Shown here: one piece after another, positions 1 through 64,000 of the stretch
How positions within the stretch are numbered: the stretch's first letter is position 1
How the letters are laid out: every line of letters starts with the position of its first letter
Assembly (NCBI GenBank): GCA_038087875.1
Contig: CM075998.1
Location: 4,340,001 to 4,404,000, forward strand
Source of the DNA: Malacoraja senta
Lineage: Eukaryota
DNA: 64,000 nucleotides
Direction of reading: 5' to 3'
Made by a program: the position numbers and the translations under genes
Notes under the pieces: generated by a model
Seen by the model: only the letters and a program-made list of their open reading frames with translations
Told to the model about the DNA's origin: nothing
Database searches by the model: none

Positions 1-1619
1 TACAAGTCACAGTGAAATTCTTTGCTTGCATACCTTGGCAAGGTGCTTACAAAGTTACAAATCCCCCCCCACCCCCCCACACACACACACACAGATAGCA
101 TAGGAATCATGCATTTTCCTCCAGGATTGTGAGATGGGGTTTTGCCATGTCCAACAGAACATTAGACTGGGATTATCAATGTCCTGCTCGGATCAAGGGA
201 TAGAGATCAACAATGTACCACTGACATCATGGGACAAAGCTCATGTCTCCCACTGGGATCGTAGGCTACAAAACATCAGAGTCCCTCTGGAATGATATGA
301 CAGAGATCATGGGATAGGCATCAGGAATGTCCCATGGGGTTCATGGGATATGGACCAATGGACTTGTACAGGGATCATGGGCAAGGCATCTTCTATGTCC
401 CAGTGAGGTAACGGGATACTGCCAAGCAGCAATTGTCTTTGGCAATGGGAAAAGATCATTAAAGTTTCACTAGTGTTGCAGGGAAACGATTCGCAATGCT
501 TCACTTAAATCAGTAGCACGTCTTTTTCGTTTGCATCCTATGTAGTTTGGCATTACTGACACAACACGGTTCATGTAACGTAACCACATTCTCTGGCCTC
601 ATGGTTTCATTGGCGGGGATTTGCCGACGTCCAGAAATTGAATTCCTCAGTCTAGTCCTTTCCCAGAATTGAATCATTTCCTACACTCTACTTTCCATGC
701 ATTGTGAAACATTTCTGTCAGAACGCAGGCATCATTACCTGTCTTTCCTTGAGAGTCTTCTTTGTATAACCTGATAACTCCCTAACCTCATTACCTTGTA
801 TAACCTTATACATCCCGAACCTCATTACATGCCTCGCCTGTGATGTTTTTGATTCAAGCTTTTCTTTCTGTATCCTCTTCAAATTTGTTAATCTGTTTCA
901 ATTCCACAACACACCTCTTTGTGTGCTGATCCTTTTTTTTAAAGGCATGGTTAGTTAATCCTCAACAAAGCTGACATTCCTGAGCTTGATTTTGTTTCTG
1001 TTGTGACGAGAGGTGTCGTGCTCTGAATTGCAGTCTGCCTCAGGAATGTGCTGTTAGTAGTTTTCTGCACTTCATGTTCTTTCCATGTATGCAACCTCTC
1101 TCTACATTGCACTGCTGCCTGTCTATCTCACATTCTCAGATCTTTCTGCCCTCCTTTAGCATTCATGTCAGCCATGTTTTCTACATGTTTCTGGAAAGCA
1201 ACTGTTCGAATGGCACGATCTTTATAATCTGTCGTTGGAGTTTGAAATTGAATTATGTTCGAGTTTCATAATTGAACTTGCCATTTCACTAACATTATCC
1301 TGTCAAAAAACACCAACGACATTTGGTGCAAATATTATTCATTCTGTAATGCCCTGATACCCAAATACACAGTCCAGGGTGTGGACACTGTAGCAGGCGG
1401 GAGTTCATCCAGGGTTGTATGAAACAAATTTCAGAAGAAGTTCTCAATGAGAAGATATCAGTATATTAAGCATAAAACCAAGGATGAATTTCACCATCTC
1501 TGTTGTGTTCTTTACATAATGTGTCTGGTACACGTTACTCGTAATCATCTCTTCGATATTCGTACATTATACTTAACTACAGACCTCCTTATTCTTTCAA
1601 TTTCTATTTCCTGTTGTTT

Positions 1620-1743
1620 CTTCTTTCGCGTGGTGTGCACAGCCTAAAGTTGTTGGACAACTTGTTCTATTTGATCTTCCGTTTGTGCACGTCGAGTTGA
1701 TTGCATTAGTCGAAACAGGGTGAAGGTTGCAATCTTCCACCCC
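1620..1743 (-). mobile_element. Short unclassified retroposon (124 bp) with 11-bp target-site duplication
   Basis: TCCTGTTGTTT at both 1609-1619 and 1744-1754; purine (GAAAGAAG) tail on the minus strand. Confidence 0.65.
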
Positions 1744-1774
1744 TCCTGTTGTTTAATACAATTATACATATAAT

Positions 1775-1830
1775 ATCAGAATCAGAATCACACTTTATTC
1801 GCCAAGTATGGTTTGCAACATACGAGGAAT
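1775..1830 (-). mobile_element. LINE 3' tail fragment (Rex1/Babar-like)
   Basis: (ATCAGA)n followed by CTTTATT...GCCAAGTATG; resembles the tail at 40866. Confidence 0.5.
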
Positions 1831-2488
1831 GTCATATATATAAGTATAATGTATGATACTAGTACAAGGTTTTTGCATCTTATATTCACTTTTTTTATTA
1901 GCATTTTCACAGGTTCTGTCAAGACACAAATCATTAAACACAGTCTCTCACTGGGCCCTCAGTGTCTATCCACATCACATACAAAATGTCAACTTCCTAT
2001 TTTAGAAATGCATCTGTATATAGCCATTATTTATCACCTATATCCACATCCCCATATATATGTACCCATTTGCATCTATGGTTACATATGCACAGATTTA
2101 TAATAACCCATCCCAATACACGCCTTCATAAACACCTATTCATTATTAACTACATCCAATTCACTATCCACACATAGCCAACATGATGTAGACAAAGCTC
2201 CTGTTACACATATTCATCCATAACTACTTTTAATCACATCGCTCTCTTTACATAAATATCCCCAAAACAATCCATCTATAACTGTATACCCAGCTCCTCT
2301 CTGCTCAGATCCTTTTCTGACCTATACAACTCTCCATGCACAAGCCCATCCATAACTACCTGGAACCAAATTATTTGAAACACTTCCATCCCATCTTAAT
2401 GTTCTTGACCATTCCAGCATCGTCACCTATCGCTGCTTATTCAGCTTTAAGTATCCACGCCCATATCTAATACCAACCAGAAACAATA

Positions 2489-2798
2489 GTTTAGTTTTGT
2501 TTAGAAATACAGCATGGAAACAGGCCCTTCGGCCCACCGAGTCCACGCCAACCAGTGATCCCCGCACACTGACACTACCCTACACACTAGGGCCAATTTA
2601 CAATTTTACCAAAGCCTATTAACCTACAAACCTGTACGCCTTTGGAGTGTGGGAGGAAACCGGAGCTCCCGGAGAGAACCCACGCAGGTCACGGGGAGAA
2701 CGCACAAACTCCGTGCAGGCAGTACCCATAGTCGGGATGAAACCTGTGTCTCTGGTGCAGTAAGGCAGCAACTCTACCGCTGCGCCACCGTGCCGTCC
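2489..2798 (-). mobile_element. tRNA-derived V-SINE (HE1-like, elasmobranch)
   Basis: Minus strand: A-box TGGCGCAGCGG, B-box, V-core CCGGTTTCCTCCCACA, CR1-type tail GGGCCGAAGGGCCTGTTTCC...CTAAAC. Confidence 0.85.
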
Positions 2799-2932
2799 AC
2801 ACTAATTTCTGGTCCCAGACATCCACATTGTTACGCCAGATCTGTGGATAACACCACCGCATACATATATCTTGAAGTATTCAAAATGGCCGACTTCTGC
2901 CATCACTAACTCATCCTGTGCTTCATTTGCAG

Positions 2933-61765
<58,833 letters not shown>

Positions 61766-63160
61766 AATAATAAGGACCTCAGTACTTTCCAATCACTTCT
61801 AGGACTTCTGCACTGAATGGCTGATCCAATCCATCACTCCATTCATCCACACGCTTACATTTTGGACTTCATGGCCTAGCTGGACAGACGGTGAAAACGG
61901 TTAATTTATTTATTGTTTTCCTGTAAGATCTTCAGATCAGGCGAAAGTGTTTACTGATATCTGTTGAAGGCCCTCCCTTGGATTGTACCAGCACAGGTAT
62001 TATTAATGTTCATGCCGTACCAGTCTGTAAGGTTACCAGCAGGAGACTGTGTAAAATATAAAAATGGTGCTATGTTGTAAAACCAGTCTGTAACATGGAG
62101 AACAATTGATATAAAAAAAATGTGGAAAGTACAAGTTGATCTGGGCTTTTTTTTGTGGATTTTTGTTTATGTTTTGCAGACTTTCGAGAGATTGAACTGC
62201 TCCAGTATCTAACTTAACCTGCCCTCTTTTTCTATCAAGATGAAGGAAGTTTGGAACACAATCTAGAACTTCCCCAGTTTAAGCTACCTCACACTAATGA
62301 TCTTGAAGGGACTAAACACACAGGAGCAGGAACAGAAGCCGGGGTGGCGGGAAAGAAAAGTCCCAAGATTCTCCCATGCCCAGTTTAATTAGCAAAAAAG
62401 GGTACTTTTTGGGCTTCTGGCTCCTCCTCCTGTGACAGTTTAGTGAACTAGAGGGATCCAGTCAAGATTTGATGGTGCTGAATAAAATGATTCCAAAGCT
62501 GCCAATTGCTGTTACAGAATTGTAACACCAACGTAACATCGTCATTTTTATAAATAACAAAATCAGTATTGCAGCAAATGAATTCTAAATGGATGTGTGG
62601 TCTCATCTCTAACCAAATCTTGTGAAAACCACATTAATTTTTTCCCCTGTTTTCCAAAGTTAGGCATGTGGATAAAATTAATTCTTTTTTCCCTATGACC
62701 TATTTTCTCCATAACTCCATGCATCTCTAGCTTTTGTGCAATCTTTTTCTTGTAACTAGAGGGGGGGAAAAAAAAAGAGGTAGGCTTTTTTGGGGGGGGG
62801 GGGGCAAAACAAACCAAGGATATGTACTATTTTGTATATGTAAAATAGTTCAAATGTTTTTAAATATTTTGCCATACTGGTTTGAAGCATGGTAGATTAG
62901 AACATTCCCATCACAACACTAATGATCTATGCTCCTTGTGAAAAGCTTCTGTCACTTTGTACTTTTTTTCTCAACCCACTACCCCCCAACAGCAATAAAG
63001 ATAGAAAGCTTTTCTATTAAAACACATTTGTTTTGATTTTTTTTTATTTGTATTAAATCCATCCTATGATGTATCTTTGTTGAAAATGTTTATCTATTCT
63101 GGGATATTTCATGACAGAAAAATGAAACACAAATAAAACTTAATTTAAAAAAGTGCCCAC
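61766..63160 (+). promoter_or_regulatory. col2a1 3'UTR with miRNA seed sites, AU-rich element and several polyadenylation signals
   Basis: TGCACTGA 61809-61816; TTATTTATT 61906-61914; TGGTGCTA 62065-62072; TGGTGCT 62473-62479; TATAAA 62110; AATAAA 62481, 62994, 63132. The 3' end of the transcript cannot be fixed from sequence alone. Confidence 0.7.
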
Positions 63161-63208
63161 CATGGTTTCCACTGTTTTTTGATCCAAAGGTTATTCACCA
63201 TGCCCTAA

Positions 63209-63610
63209 ACAATAGACAATAGGTGCAGGAGTAGGCCATTCGGCCCTTCGAGCCAGCACCGCCATTCAATGTGATCATGGCTGATCATCCCCAATCAGTA
63301 CCCCGTTCCTGCCTTCTCCCCATATCCCGCGACTCCGCTATCTTTAAGAGCCCTATCTAGCTCTCTTGAAAGCATCCAGAGAACCTGCCTCCACCGCCCT
63401 CTGAGGCAGAGAATTCCACAGACTCACCCCTCTCTGTGAGAAAAAGTGTTTCCTCGTCTCCGTTCTAAATGGCTTACTCCTTATTCTTAAACTGTGGCCC
63501 CTGGTTCTGGACTCCCCCAACATCGGAAACATGTTTCCTGCCTCTAGCGTGTCAAAACCCTTAACAATCTTATATGTTTCAATGAGATTCCCTCTCATCC
63601 TTCTAAACTC
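63209..63610 (-). mobile_element. CR1 LINE 3' portion (young)
   Basis: FRRMRGNLIETYKIVKG...FPMLGESRTRGHSLRIR...LWNSLPQRAVEA; (CTATTGT)n tail. Confidence 0.88.
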
Positions 63611-64000
63611 GGCACTCAGGGCTGTCGCCAGGACAGACCCTAAGAGAAAGAGACCCTCTTTCCTACCTTTTTCTAATTCCACCTCCTGATGCTCATTGGG
63701 TGTCAGCAGTCTCTCCCATCCCCAGCAGATGGTTTCCATGTGAAAACCAAAAAGGAGAAAGTGTGATCAGATGGATCTTTTCCCTTGCCCAATGCCACAG
63801 GAATAGCAAACCATAGCGCAAATCCCGACCCCACTGAAACAAACTGCAGTACCCCAACAGCCCGGTCACAAAGTGTCAGCCATCTTAGAAGGAACCAGGA
63901 GGAAACATTGGTGGGTATGATCATCCCAGCCAGCAGGTGTTGCAGGAGCTCTACACAAGTAATTTAATGAGATTTAATCATTAATTAATGGGCATGGTGA

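Noticed and set aside
1-2932. col2a1 exon 8 (N-telopeptide) or promoter
   Set aside because: No sequence encoding the QMAGGFDEK-like telopeptide or Gly-X-Y was found; this is the 3' part of intron 8.
63715-63740. CTCF site downstream of the gene (CCAGCAGATGGT)
   Set aside because: Only a partial match lacking the GGCG/GGCA end; cannot be supported from sequence alone.

Overview
This is eukaryotic genomic DNA, not prokaryotic. The repeat content (HE1/V-type SINEs, CR1, Rex1/Babar, DeuSINEs, Penelope remnants) points to a cartilaginous fish, most likely a skate or ray; that assignment is an inference. The window holds most of a type II collagen gene (col2a1) on the + strand. I traced 46 GT-AG exons by hand, equivalent to human exons 9-54 (2933-61765). 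They are 45/54/99/108/162-bp phase-0 Gly-X-Y exons followed by four C-propeptide exons, a TAA stop and a 3'UTR. Exons 1-8 lie upstream of the window. The introns are full of retroposons, MITEs and decayed minisatellites. Most of the supplied ORFs are spurious, TE fragments or partial exon read-throughs. Highlights: (1) a fossil two-gene PIF/Harbinger transposon in intron 43, with a spliced Myb/SANT gene on + and a DDE transposase on -, almost invisible in the ORF track, plus Harbinger-type MITEs elsewhere; (2) Penelope-derived fold-back insertions with target-site duplications, a 154-bp palindrome and a decayed hammerhead-like core; (3) a 3'UTR with miR-29, miR-148/152 and AU-rich elements, bracketed by a 10-bp long-range complementary pair that appears conserved with human; (4) loss of Y-position prolines, suggesting a cold-adapted helix. 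Exon numbering and human comparisons come from my recollection of human COL2A1 and need checking by alignment. Repeat boundaries are approximate.
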